From: Bugula neritina
Taxonomy: Eukaryota; Animalia; Bryozoa
Length of the DNA: 64,000 nucleotides
NCBI GenBank assembly: GCA_964035545.1
Contig: OZ037766.1
Coordinates: forward strand, 20,634,767 to 20,698,766
Direction of reading: 5' to 3'
A program made the position numbers and the translations under genes. A model generated the notes under the pieces. The model ran no database searches. It was given only the letters and a program-made list of their open reading frames with translations, and had not been told where the DNA came from. Of this stretch, positions 1 through 15,400 are shown piece by piece (the first letter of the stretch is position 1; each line of letters starts with the position of its first letter).

Positions 1-62
1 AAATCACAAGACAGCTCTACAGGTTGTAACCTAACTGATAACTTGTAACTGGACATATATTA

Positions 63-2468
<2,406 letters not shown>

Positions 2469-3269
2469 GGTGTTTCCTGTTTGATTTGCGTTAGTCTGAG
2501 AACAGTACACAGCATATAAGTACTCGTAAAATATCTATTCGACAAATATATCGCGCGTCGGTAGCGTCAACTCACCACCAACATCAGCACAACTTAAATC
2601 GTTTCTATACAGATTGAAATTGAAACTTTTGCGCGATATTCGTAATGACTAATGAGAATAATTTTGTTTTTAAAAGTTTTATTTTATTTAATAGCTTATC
2701 GACTTTAAGTCAACATTAAACATCAACACACAAAGCGTTGTGGTTTAAAGAATTTATAAGTTGTAATGGTAGTCTTGCAAATAATTTTTATAGCCATATG
2801 ATTTTGATTGATTGATTATCAACATGTTGATGATGATAATAATTAATATTATAATTATTATTAATCATGATAATGATGATCATAATGATAATGATTATGA
2901 TATTCATAATGAATGTGATATTCGTTGTTACCTTAGTTTATTACCTCAATTAAGGTAGGACTTCTACAGCAACTGGAATGTTTATAGGGAAACCTCTAGT
3001 CAGTCTAGTGACAACTTATATTAAATCAGGGTTAGCACGTGTTACAGCATTTGCTGTTTTGTAATACTCATACTGTTGTAGTTTTGTACACTACTAGTTG
3101 TGGGTCTGTTTGAGTGTTATCAATTACTGCATCATGCTGTGAGGTTATATAATGAACCGAGCGAGCGATCAGGAACGTAATAAAATATATTTATAAAACA
3201 AGATACAAGTAGAAAAGAATGTACATTAGTCGATAAAAGTGAACAAGAGTTTCTAATATTACATCAGTT

Positions 3270-6200
3270 ATTGTTAACCTGCTAGTTACTAGCGTAGTCC
3301 TCGAGTGTCAATGGGCGCCGAAAGGTGCAGTTTATATCTATGAGGTCGACCAGGATTGGTTGACTTATATTCACTTGTTATTGTCTATGTTAGTTGGCAG
3401 GTATTTGCATCAGGCCATCCTGACCGTATTGGTTAACGGTGCCCGCCGCATAGGCAAACGCTATGACTAACTTGTAAGCGGGATGACTGGCTATAATCTA
3501 TCGTATTATGTTCAGCAGGGGACAAAGAGAGTTCCACTTTCGCTAGCCATTGCAATACTAATTACTTATGTTCTCTGCGCATTTCACGAATTGTTCGTGG
3601 CAGAAAATTAGTCTGGCACATGCTTTTCCTAGCTGATATTGAGATAAGCTCTCCTTTGGCAGCCGCTCGAGAGGGGGGGGTTACAGTTACAAGCTCCCTG
3701 TCTTCAATAATCTCATCACAAACTCTAGATAGAGTTCGGTGTTGATCCTCATTCTGAAGAATTCGGGTCAGTAAACACAGTCGATGATTTTTTCTTCTGT
3801 CATCCAGTGACCTGAGTCCTAATTCATCTTTCGTCTCAGATACACTGTCAGTGCGTCCCTTCATATTGCTTATGAACCTTATGGCACTGTTCTGGACCAG
3901 CTCTATATCATGCACCTGGCTTCTAGCCACAGAATCCTAAACCACATCTGCATAATCAAGTATAGGCCTACATAGACTTGTATAAGCCAGTAGCTTATTG
4001 TCCTTTAGGGCATCGTACATCAAGTGCTTGATCCCTCCAAGGACTTTCCGGGACTTGGTACACTTATTTATATGCTGATCAAATCTTAAGTCTGACTGGA
4101 TGGTTACCCAAAAATATTTAGTGCTTTCTGCCCATGCAAAACATGTGGTACCGAGTTTGTCATGTGATATGGTGGTTACTTTACAAAAATTAATTGCCTG
4201 GCATTTCTTTTCATTGGAGAGCATTTTCTATTTTATTTTGGAATAGTTCTGCATCCTTAGTGGTGTTCACAGTTTGGTAAAGTAGAGTATCATTAGTATA
4301 GAGACTAACTTTGCATGACAATAAATCCGGAAGATAATTTATATAGCAAAAAACAGGATTGGTTCTAGCACAGAGCCCTGCGGCACTCCTGTGGTTACCT
4401 GGCATTTCTGAGAGCTTGCCCTCCCCCTCAGTACAACGACATACTGGCGGTCGAAAAGAAAATTGAGTAGCCAGCTAAAGAGGTATTCGTTTATATCCGG
4501 TATCTTCTGCAATTTTTAGAGCAACATAAGGTGAGGCACCTTGTCAAAAGCCTTTTTGAAGTTCATAACTACTGCATGGGTAGTATGTCTCTCGTCGGCT
4601 GCTTTCACCTTGTGGTAGGTAACACACAGTTTGGTCTGGCACGACAGTACTCTTCTGAAACCATGTTGTTGATGATTAAATACACTGTCTAGGTTTTCAT
4701 TGAGGTGATGCAACGCGATGTGTTCCATCATTTTACATGGATTGCTTGTCAGAGATACAGGCCTGAAGTTGTTTGGAGATTCGCTGTCCCCGCCTTTATA
4801 TATTGGTGTGCCATTTGCAAGTTTCCACTGTTTTGGCCGTCTACCTGCGTCTAAGAAATCTTTGTAATTAGTGCAAGGCACCTTGCAGTACCCTCCAAGT
4901 CTATGAGCATGTCTGGCTTTTGACTTTCATCAGCTCTGGGGGATTTTCCGTTTAGCAAATTTTTGATTAGTTTGGCAACCCCCTCCAGTGTAACATCAAT
5001 GGAATCCTAGGCATCAGTTTCGATCCTCAAGAAGTCTCCTGCCTTATACCCCAGCTGGAATTGACTCTGGCAGAAAGTGTTTAAAAACTCAGCGCATTGG
5101 ACAAGATCTCCCGTCACTACATTCTGTTCGTCCTTCAGTGTCAATTGCTCTTGTCTTTTGTTTTTGTCTGCTCTAAGTAGTTTGAAGAAAGGCTTAGAGT
5201 TCCTTCTTTTTAGTGGACAATATATTCTGTTTGTGTAGAAGGTTTTCCATGTTACTTCCAGCTCCTTCTTTCCGTCTCGTCTTGCTGTCTGAGCTGGCCT
5301 TGGATTTCCTAGGTGTCTTCCTTACCCTTTCTCTAATATTCATAGCTTTTTTATTGAACCACTCTAAGACAGAGGGGTGGGGTGGTTTCAGCTGTTTGAT
5401 TGGAACGTGCTGTTCAATACTTCCCTGCAAGTTTTCCGTAAAGCGATTTCACATTTTCTCTGGGTCCTCCAAAACTGCTAAGGCATCCGATGTTTTTTGT
5501 AAATATTTCTGGAATGCTTCTTGATTGGCTTTCTTGTACCACCTAAATGTTTGTGGTTATCTTAGGATAGCGGTGGCTGGGCTTTGGAGATGAGCAAGGA
5601 TCGATGAATGATCACCAAGACCTGGACTTATGATCTCAGTGTCACATATAACGTTTGACTGGTTGGTGCAAATTAAATCTAGTGTGTTACCGACATGTGT
5701 TGATCCATTTACCAGTTGAGTCGTTTTGTGGCTATTTAGCACCTTAGGAAAATTCTGATGAAACCTTTTGTATGGTGTCAAGGGCTTCACTGCTCCTGTA
5801 TTCCAGTCAATCCCTGAAAAGTTCATGTCTCCAGCAAACAAAATAGTGTGCCTCTGGTGCTCTTTTTGTAACTACTCCAAAATATCATTTATGACCGCTG
5901 TGTTGGAGAGATGTACATAAGGTCTATAGTAACAGAACTTTTACTGCTACCATCTCTTCCCTGTACTCACTAAGATTCACTAAATTAGGAATTAGATGAT
6001 CACACACAACAATCATAACTCTACTTCCACAAATGTTGCGATCACGAAGAAATACTGTTTTGTTCTCAATTTGTAGAATACTACTATTAGGTATTGTGTC
6101 ATCTAAATGTGTTTCAGTGAGACAAGCTATGTCAGAGTCTGTGGTGAGAAATTGCAGTTCAGGGGTTTTACCTTTAACAAATCTAGTGCTGGTGAGGAAC

Positions 6201-6340
6201 ATCTTCAGCATTCTGTCACTCTCTTTTGTTTGACTTGTTTCATCACTTTCCATTTCCCCGAGCCTTGCTTCTCTTGTATCTGCATGCTTCTCACTCGATA
6301 TGCTATAGAGGTATTTCCCTCTCTAAGCCTGTTACCTTTA
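3270..6340 (-). mobile_element. Degenerate CR1/L2-like non-LTR retrotransposon (APE endonuclease + reverse transcriptase, multiple frameshifts/stops)
   Basis: Broken minus-strand ORFs contain APE motifs (DIACLTETHL, GDMNF, NTLDLICTN, GDH) and RT motifs (NFRPVSLTS, QHGFR, FKKAFDKVPH, decayed LYTNDTLLY for YADD). The C-terminus reads ELVQNSAIRFI..LGLRSLDDRR, followed by a GC-richer 3' UTR to ~3270. Boundaries are approximate and no TSD is seen. Confidence 0.9.
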
Positions 6341-8035
6341 TTATTTCATATTCATATTGATCAGGATGATAATATTGATATAAATTAAAATTAAATATAA
6401 AGATGATTAATATGAATATGAGGCTTGTAGTTCATAATGATGAAAATGGCAGGCTCGGTCACAGCTTGAGTCAACACTTTATTAGTAAAACTATAATTTT
6501 AGTTTAACTATTAGTGTTACTAATAACAATAGTAATACTAAAAGTAAACTATAACTATAAGAATTACTATTCAATTTTATTTATATGTAACTGTTATAAT
6601 TATATTCACTGTCCTAAACTGAACTTCAATCATTACACCAGAATCATATTTACTAAATGGAAATGTAAGTAATTTTGCTTACTGAATTTTTTCAATCATC
6701 AATATATTGTGATGTTTTTTTAAATAAACAATCAATATTTCAGCATTGAGTTTTACCATCTTCAGAGTTCATAGCTAAAGGCAATAGACATTTTCAAATG
6801 CTATTGTCTCTTTTTTCAAATTGTTTAAAAATTGATCATAATTACATGTACTGGTTATAAAATTGCTAGTAAATGATTGAACACTAAATTTAAGCCAATA
6901 ATTCTTACATTAGATGAGTTGCTGTATTTGTTTACTTATAGGTATTTCAATTGTTTAGTCTACAACCAAATCTTTCTTTAACCAATTTTTTTTTAGTTTT
7001 TATTTAAGAGCAGTTCATTGGCCAGCGTCAGTATTGAATAAACTTCAATTACTGAGTTAAACTTTAACTGTAAAGTAGGAGAGATAAAATAGAAGGATAA
7101 AATTGGTTGTTAAGATTCTTGAATTTATTTATTTGTAAAATTAGTAAAGTTATAATCACACATAGTTTTATAGTATGACAAGGATTACCTTAAAAAAGTT
7201 ATGTGAATGATATAAAATGCCCTATTTTCATTTTAATTAAAATAAGTTGCAGCATGAATATTTTATTTTAGTATAATAAACAAAGTGGTAACCATAGACA
7301 TAAATTTGGAAAACCCTAAAATGCTGTTACTTTTTGTATGAGTTGTCTTACTTTTATACTAAAGTGTTTAAAATTTGAATCACAGTAAGACATCTAAAAT
7401 AATAATATGTGAAAACATTCAATTGCTTTTTACGAATCATATAATATTAATAGACATAAATCAAGTCAAGCTATTGGTGCATTTCCAAAATTCTGATTAC
7501 TTTATATACTCTTGCAATTTCTAAGACTTGAAATAAAACTGATGCTTCCTACTTGGGTGTGTTTGCGTGTACTTCATAAAACATAGCCACTTTTTGTAAT
7601 AATCTGTGTAATGTTGATAAATTAACGGCTTTAGGTTTGTAACAGTAGCAAATGGTATCACCATTTATAGTTTTAATAAGCCTTGAGGTCAAAGATTTTG
7701 TAAAAAATAGTTCAAATGACAATTAAAATAACTTAGTTGAAAAACAAATGCTTCATCAGCTAATAGACCACAAGATATTTCGATAAATAAAGCTCATTTT
7801 TTTTAAGAAAAAGTTTGTAAAAAGCAAGAAACAGAAAACACTACAACACAAAACGTTTTTCCATTTAACTTTATTTTATAGATTAAGACCCACATATCAA
7901 AAAACTAAACTTTTCAGTTGTATTAAGAAAATAGTAATACCAAATAGATTACATAGATGTAATGAAAATATACATTTAAATTATAAGAAAGTTTCAACTT
8001 CAGTAACTGCTATTTCAGGTGTTATTGTCAAAGAC

Positions 8036-9215
8036 ATGGTGCTTGGGAGTCTTCCTAAATGGCTCAAGACTTTGGCTTACGCTCTAGCTATCAGTACCGG
8101 GTTTGAATTACTATACTACCTCAAAAAGTGCAAGGAGTCGGAAAATAAGAAAAAAGCCAAAGATAATGAACTGGAAGTAATTTTCTTCCCAGATAAGACA
8201 GTTGCATGTGATGCGTATTTCTCATACGGTTGCTCCAATGCCTCATGCTGGTTAGCACATGAGGAGACCTCAACAATGAAGTTGAAAGCTTTCCTATCCA
8301 ATACAGAGAAATTATTAGACATCTGTGTGTACTGCATAGCCTCAGACAATCTAGTAGACGAAGTTCTTAAATTACATGACCAAGGTGTGATAGTCAGAGT
8401 GATAACAGACCAAGCACAAGCACTTGAGCTTGGGGTACAAGTTGGCAGACTACGAGCTGCAGGTTTGTAAACGTGTTACTAACTAAAGCAACGGAACAAA
8501 TTTTGTATAATTTAATTTAATAATTTGCTGAAAAAATGTTTTAATTTTTTGGACCAGTTTATGAGGAATCCATTGGAGGGAGAGGAACCCTAGTTTGTAT
8601 ATTTGCAACCCGGTTCATAAAATACTGTGGCACTCGAAAACCTATTCAAATTGTTTAATTTGAGGATATTAAAATTAATCTGTAAATGGTTTTAACTAAT
8701 AGGCTGACATTTTTATTCACCATTGCTGACTTTTTCATACTGCTGCTTGATTGAGAAAGTAATGTAAAGGTACTGGGTGAACTGCTCTTGGAATATAAAT
8801 TATGTTCTCTTTTTTGATCGAGTTCAAATTCATCATAATGGTGCTTTACATTGATCTCCATGATTTCTCACAATATGAAATTGCTTGAATTTACAAAGAA
8901 AAGGCTCTTGTTCAACAGGTTTAGTTAAATCAGTCCATATTTCTTGTAGTGAAAATTAAATATTTATTTGCTCTATACTGAGTGTACTTTTCAGGTATAG
9001 AAGTAAGAACAAATGCAACCAATTTCTTCATGCACCATAAGTTTGCCATATCTGATGGAGTCAAGGTGATGACTGGGTCATTCAACTGGTCTGGCAACGC
9101 CATGTTAGGTAACAATGAGAACGTTGTATTTATAAAGAATAGAATGGTAACATATGAGTATAAGAAAGTATTTGAACATCTTTGGGAAAAATATAAGCCA
9201 TATGCAAATGAATAA
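8036..9215 (+). CDS. PLD6: Mitochondrial cardiolipin hydrolase / Zucchini endonuclease (PLD6, MitoPLD), 215 aa
   Basis: Exons 8036-8462 and 8995-9215 (phase-1 GT-AG intron). Features: N-terminal hydrophobic anchor, VIFFPD followed by a CCCH zinc motif (CDAYFSYGCSNASCWLAH), LDICVY, GVIVRVITD, and a single HKD motif HHKFAISD-x6-GSFNWS plus NNEN. An acceptor (tttcag, 8018) just upstream of the ATG implies a non-coding first exon. AATAAA at 9351. Confidence 0.95.
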
Positions 9216-9423
9216 TTTTGAAGAAGCTATTCCACTTAGGCATTCAAAAATACAGTTAGCATAATTATTGGCATACTTTTTTGTTTTCTTGAAGCGTATT
9301 TCTTTCGAAAACATACTTGTAAAAATGTATAGTACATCTTTTAGCCATACAATAAAGTATTGTAATTATATACAACACATTGATCTATTGGGCTGAAAAA
9401 TATATATTTCTATGCAAAGGAAA

Positions 9424-12400
9424 TTATGAAATGTTGATCTCCTCGCTACTGGAATTTTCCGCCACCTCTTCTTCACTGTCGGAGCAGGTGGTGTCTGTAA
9501 CACACAATGCATAAACTGATAGTTCAAACCTAGTTTGGTGGATAATTTGTATGACAGATGCCGAGTTTGCTAACTTGGTCAATTGAGCTTCCAGTGTTCA
9601 ATTCCTGGTATCTTGTTTTATATAGGGTAGAAATATATACAAACAAGCACCACATAATTAACACTGCATTAGCAATAAGACACATATAACCATAATACTG
9701 TATAATAAACATATGTTTATTAAATACCAAGGTTGGGGTCATATACATGTGAATGTAATTAATTACAATTACAATTACTTTTGTTCTCACAAGGGATAAA
9801 TACAAGTTATGCAATCTCACTTCTAGGGTTCAACTACCAGGAGCAATTTTGACAGTGGTGAATCTCCTTTGTTCTCAACAGTGATAATATACTACATTGA
9901 CTTAATCTGAACTTGTTATTTAACAGTAGGCATGGTAGGAAAAGTATGAAATTTTTAAGATTTTGAAGTTTGAACTAATTGACATGTAATTATACAGTAA
10001 TTGTTAAAAACCAATTACATTAGATAGGTAATTAATTACAATTACATTTTTATACATCAATTACAAATTACATTCAATTACTTGAAAAAATGTAATTAAT
10101 TACAACAAATTACAATTACCCCAAACCGGAATAAATACATTCTTTATTAAGCATATTAAAAGCATAGTTTCCCTCACCACTGGGTGCGTCCATGGATATG
10201 CTAGCTGTCACTAGCTTGAGAGCATTGACATCTAAGGTTTGAGATTTCAGGAGATGATCGATCACCTTGTCATGAGAAGAACTCAACTGAACATAGGTTG
10301 TTGTGCCATTCTAAAAACGCAAAATATTTTTTTGAACAAGATTAGTCCAACTTGGGAATCTGAGTGAAAAGTTGGCAGAAAACTTCAATTTGTAACCCAA
10401 AAATAAGTCACCACTATCTGTTTAGTTTAGTAGGTAACCTTTGTGCTTGCTCAACACTTCCTATTTATGACAAGGGGGAGACTAAAGATATTAGGTCATG
10501 AGCTAACAGACACAGCAGCAAAATAATGACAAAACTGATTGGCATAAGAACGACCTATCATTTGAAAGTCAACCAAACACTAAAAGAAATACCCACTAAA
10601 ATATATGAAATCAGATGTCAGATCTGTGCAAAAACCTCATTCAATACCTTTGAAAAGAAAACTGCATCTACGTTGACAAATCCTTTTAGCTCTGGAGAAT
10701 CCTTGATTTGACAGACAGCTTCTGGGAGGACATTGGCAGCACCAGCTGACGGCAACGTCTGCAAGAAAACGTAAGTATGTTACCATGTAACAAAGCTGCA
10801 TTCCACTTTCTAGCACACTTGGTATGAGCAGCATTATATTAGGATCATGGAAACAATTATAGACACTTGCATAGTGCATACATAGATGCAGATTTTTACT
10901 CAACAGGTGATCTATGATTTTTATTTTGGGTTTGTAACATAGTTGCATTTCACGAGCAAACAATTTCTTGTGTTACAAATATTCGCTAGAAGCAGTACTA
11001 TTTGAAAAAAAACTGCAGTTTTGAGCCTACATCAATTCAGAAATGGTAGTAAAACGCATTCAGATACACGAAATTATTAAAGATGACGGACCTTTAATAT
11101 AACAGGCTTCTTATCGAAAGTAGTGGATGACCCATTTGTTTCCTTGTAGAATGAGATATCCCTCAGTGTCTTGATGAAACCTGCTCCAGACTACAAAATA
11201 CATAAAATAATCATTTTTGCTGCAAATGTAACTGTTGTATTCAGGTATACAACAAGCACACGTACAAATAACATTTTTACCAAGTAATATATTTATGTGA
11301 TGGAGTGGTAAACAAAACAAGTTACTAGCTGATTAGTAGATTGTCATTATGCTTTGATTAAATGACTAGCAACTTTGATGATAGTTGTGAGTAAGTGACT
11401 GTGAGTAAGTGACTGAGAGTGAGTGACTGTGAGTGAGTGACTGAGAGGGACTTTGAGTGACTGAGTAAGTGAGTAACTCACCTGAATAGTTTGCAGATTC
11501 ATCTTTGGGTATTGAAGAACAAACTCCGGGAAAAATTGTTGAGAAAGTTGAGATAAATTCTGAAGATAATCTTCCATTTCGATCAACAATGAATGGATGT
11601 TGTCACGGATTTCTTGTACTTCCTGCTCAGTGTCCTTGACCTCAGTGTCTGATACATCCTCATCATCGTTCTATGAATAGAATACTGACCTTAATAGATA
11701 TATTACTAGTGTGTATAAGGTATTTAAATATATAGAAGATGTTTATCAGCTGCAGCTAATTTGAAAAAACTGAAACTGCAATATTACACACCTCTCTGAG
11801 ATCATCTAGGTCAGCCATTTTGTGACGGAGTTTGGATCTTAATTCCTTCAGTTTCTTCTCTTTCTGTTGATACCAGTTGAGATCGGCAGGCTGTGTTATT
11901 CCAATATGAGGCTGGATGTCATTGGCTAAAGACTGTTGGATAACAATGTAAACATGGGCTGAAGAGAAACAATGGTTTGCAAAAATCCAACATGAAATGT
12001 GCAACAGCAATTTGAAAAGAAGACAACTCCCAATAAATAAGGCAAAACTAAAAAAATGAAAATAAGGGTCTATTAAACAACTTCAAATGTTGATTGTGAA
12101 ATATATTAACCTAATGCATACCATTATTTTGAGCATCTGGGTGCGAGATGTATCCAGGAGTGTCAGTTCTATGCCAATCTTAGCTTTCAAGGCTTGGCAT
12201 AAAGATTTTATAACTGCGTTGGGTGCAGGTCCATCAGACTACAAGTAAACATTAAATTCATCAACTTACACAAAATTATCATAATTATTATTGTTTATCA
12301 TCAGTTTTGAAATTCATTTTACACCAAAATATTTATACAGAGTGATGTTTAACTCTGTGACAGGTTAGCAGTTATTATTCTGAGCTCTTCCTTATTACAT

Positions 12401-15400
12401 GAAAATCAAAATTCTCAAAATGCTCTAAGGTAGCTCTTGATAAACAGGTTAAAGGAAGTAGCACAATGGAAACACAGCTTAAATAAAAACAACATAATTA
12501 CATACAAGTTCACCTAAACTGATGGAGTAAATGTTACATGTAGTCCATACCATATTATTGCCACATTCCAGCTCATCTTTCAATGAATATATGACCAACT
12601 TCGTACTCTCCTCCAGGTTGTACTTTGAACCATCTTCTGTGGTGCCTGTTTCTTGCTCTCCCTCCCTCTCCTCATTATTTATTACTAAACCCTGAAAAAA
12701 ATCATACCATAAGAATATATTTTTAAACTTTCAACAGCACACTTACCTATGTTAACCAGTTAAATAATTTGCTTACTGCTCTAGTAAATTGAATGTAAAA
12801 GGAAAATAAACAACTTGACTGAGGAGAAGTTATTTAACCTATACTATTACCTATATTAATAAACAGTTATAATGTTGCTGCGTGATCACATGAAGAGTGT
12901 TGGCAATAATTCTTTAATATTAATTTATAAATAATTATATTTAAAGTTGTTAACTAAGTTGTACTCAACTCTCCAGTAGTGTAAAATAAATTTATCAAAA
13001 ATAAATAAATTATGCGAGGGTTCATAAGAAGATGCTGTAAATGCTTCAAAATTAAACTTATATATTATAACTAGAAAGCCCTAGGCACAGTTATTGCTCA
13101 TTTATTATGAAGACATATATCATTAGCTAAGATTCTAATGTAGCATAGTGTAACCTTATATACTTGGCAGTCAGATGAACTCTTAATGATTATATTGGAT
13201 AAAATGTTGAAGTTAAAGACATTGTTTCAGAGTATTTGTGTGTATAATTAGACACTCAGGATGTAGTAACTGTGTCGCAAATCAAAAGACTAATTATAAG
13301 CAATTAAAATATTCAATACATATTTATAAGGTTGGCAAGCAATAATACAGTTAATGCATGTATGATGATTGATATACTATAATGTTTTCAAGTGTTTAAC
13401 TGACATACTACTAAATTACTAGTCAGGTAAACAACATGGCAGACGTGAAGATACTCAAGCTGTTAAAGACACACGAAAGGCAGAAGATAGACCTAAGACT
13501 GAGGCAGTTGAAGCTGAATACATACAAACCGGAAAGATGTGATGCAAAACCAACATCGCTAAACAAAATGAAAAGTTCAATGCTCTCGTCTCCTGATGTG
13601 CGCTACCAAGACATGAGTAAATTGTCAGCCAAGATGCTGTTAAAACACAGGAGATACTTTTACTCTCCTTTAGCCAAAAACGGAAGGTACGAAAGAAACG
13701 CAAAGCAACTCGCACCTTTTAAACTACCACAACTACACTCATTCAAGAAGGTGATTACCCCGTCAGCAAAAGTGGATTTATCTATACATGGGAAGCAACT
13801 CCCTACCCTCCCACAAATACATAAAATGAAACAAGGCATGGCACACTCAGAGGACATGTTTAGGAAGATTAACAAAGAGTTAATAGAGAGACATCCAAAA
13901 CCAGTGCCACCAGGAAAAGAAAGGAAGAAGTTCTACGTTGAGGCAGAGTGTGATGAAGACAGTTACAACTACTACCAACATTATGAGGTCATGAGAGTGT
14001 CGGTGCTTGCTAAGGTACATGATTGGCTGTATACGAATCCAACACCTGTATCTAAAGAGTTATAAGTAGTTCACTGTACCCCTACATGCTACTATACATC
14101 GTAGCACAAACTGACACCAAGAAGTCAATAAAAAAAAAAAGTTTGAAGGTTAGTTCAGTCAAACTAGACTTTCTTTTATTACAGTTATTAAAAAATAATG
14201 TTGATAACAAAGTTTTAAAACTTGATATTTGTTAACATTTGAGGTATCTTAGCAGCTATCGTTGGTAAAATAAAATACTGGTAAAATATCAAATGAATAT
14301 TAATAGCTGAGGTAGCATTTGTTAAATGTCTTATTTTATCTATACTATCTTAATCTAGAAATCTCAAACTAATTCAGCACAAAATAGATTATAAAACCAA
14401 TTTGCTTGGGCATGCAACTCCGAAGCTTCATTTAGCTGATAGAAAATATGTTGTGATTATTATAATACAGCATAATTTTAACTGGCCAGAACTTCTTCAA
14501 CAGTGTGTGACTAAGCCACAGATGCAAACTATTGAAATAACCTGGTGCTAGATAATGCAGATTGAACAGTGAGTACGCTTTGACAGGAGGGAATAGAAAT
14601 TCAATAAACCAAAGTAAAAGAAATGCACACGATGGCCCTTTAGAGAGCAAGGCAGGGTAATTAGCAATTTAAGTAAAAAAAATTCATCCACAGTATCGTA
14701 ATATCAGTTATTAAAGCTAATCAAATTCCAGTGGCTATCCAATATCTTTTAGAAAACAAAGTAATATATAATATAATAACTATATATATATAGCACACCC
14801 TACAGGTGCACGTGTACTATTAGACTTGGTATTTGTAAATTACGTCAGAAAAGAAATCAAGAAAATCTGAGTGCTCAAGAACTTATAAATAACTGTAAAC
14901 AATTCGTATCAATTTTACATGATATTAAATAGCTCATAGTAAAAGGGTTTTGTTTGCTGTACCAATCATCCTGGTAAAATATGCATTATATCTGGGTGAT
15001 AGCAGGTGCTTGCTAGCGGAACACTGTAACTCATCAGTTGATATACTACGGCTGCTGTGTTATTTAGCCTCAACTTCAAACTAAAGATGAGCGAATCTCA
15101 TCAGGATCTTGATAACTACGAGACAGCGTTAGCCACTCTGCCAAATTTTATCATAACAAACTTGAGTTTTCATTTTAGGTGCTGAATAATATTCCTGTGC
15201 AATCTGGCTGTGATAAAATAGCTGCAATCACTGCTGCTGTTAGCATAATTAGTAAAACCCCTCAGTAGTTCCACCTCATAATTTGTAGTACAAAAGAAGC
15301 TGAACTCCGCTGGTCTCTTTAGAGTTCAACACACATGTAGGAGCAGTAGTGGAGAAATTGAGATAGCCTAAGTTCTTTAATCTTCTTAATACATTTTGGT

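Noticed and set aside
8655-8861. Minus-strand ORF in the PLD6 intron as the missing STK31 kinase C-lobe
   Set aside because: It has no kinase motifs and no convincing splice boundaries.
15030-15105. Two CTGATGA motifs on the minus strand (possible hammerhead ribozyme)
   Set aside because: Neither is followed by a stem II and GAAA, so the catalytic core cannot be completed.
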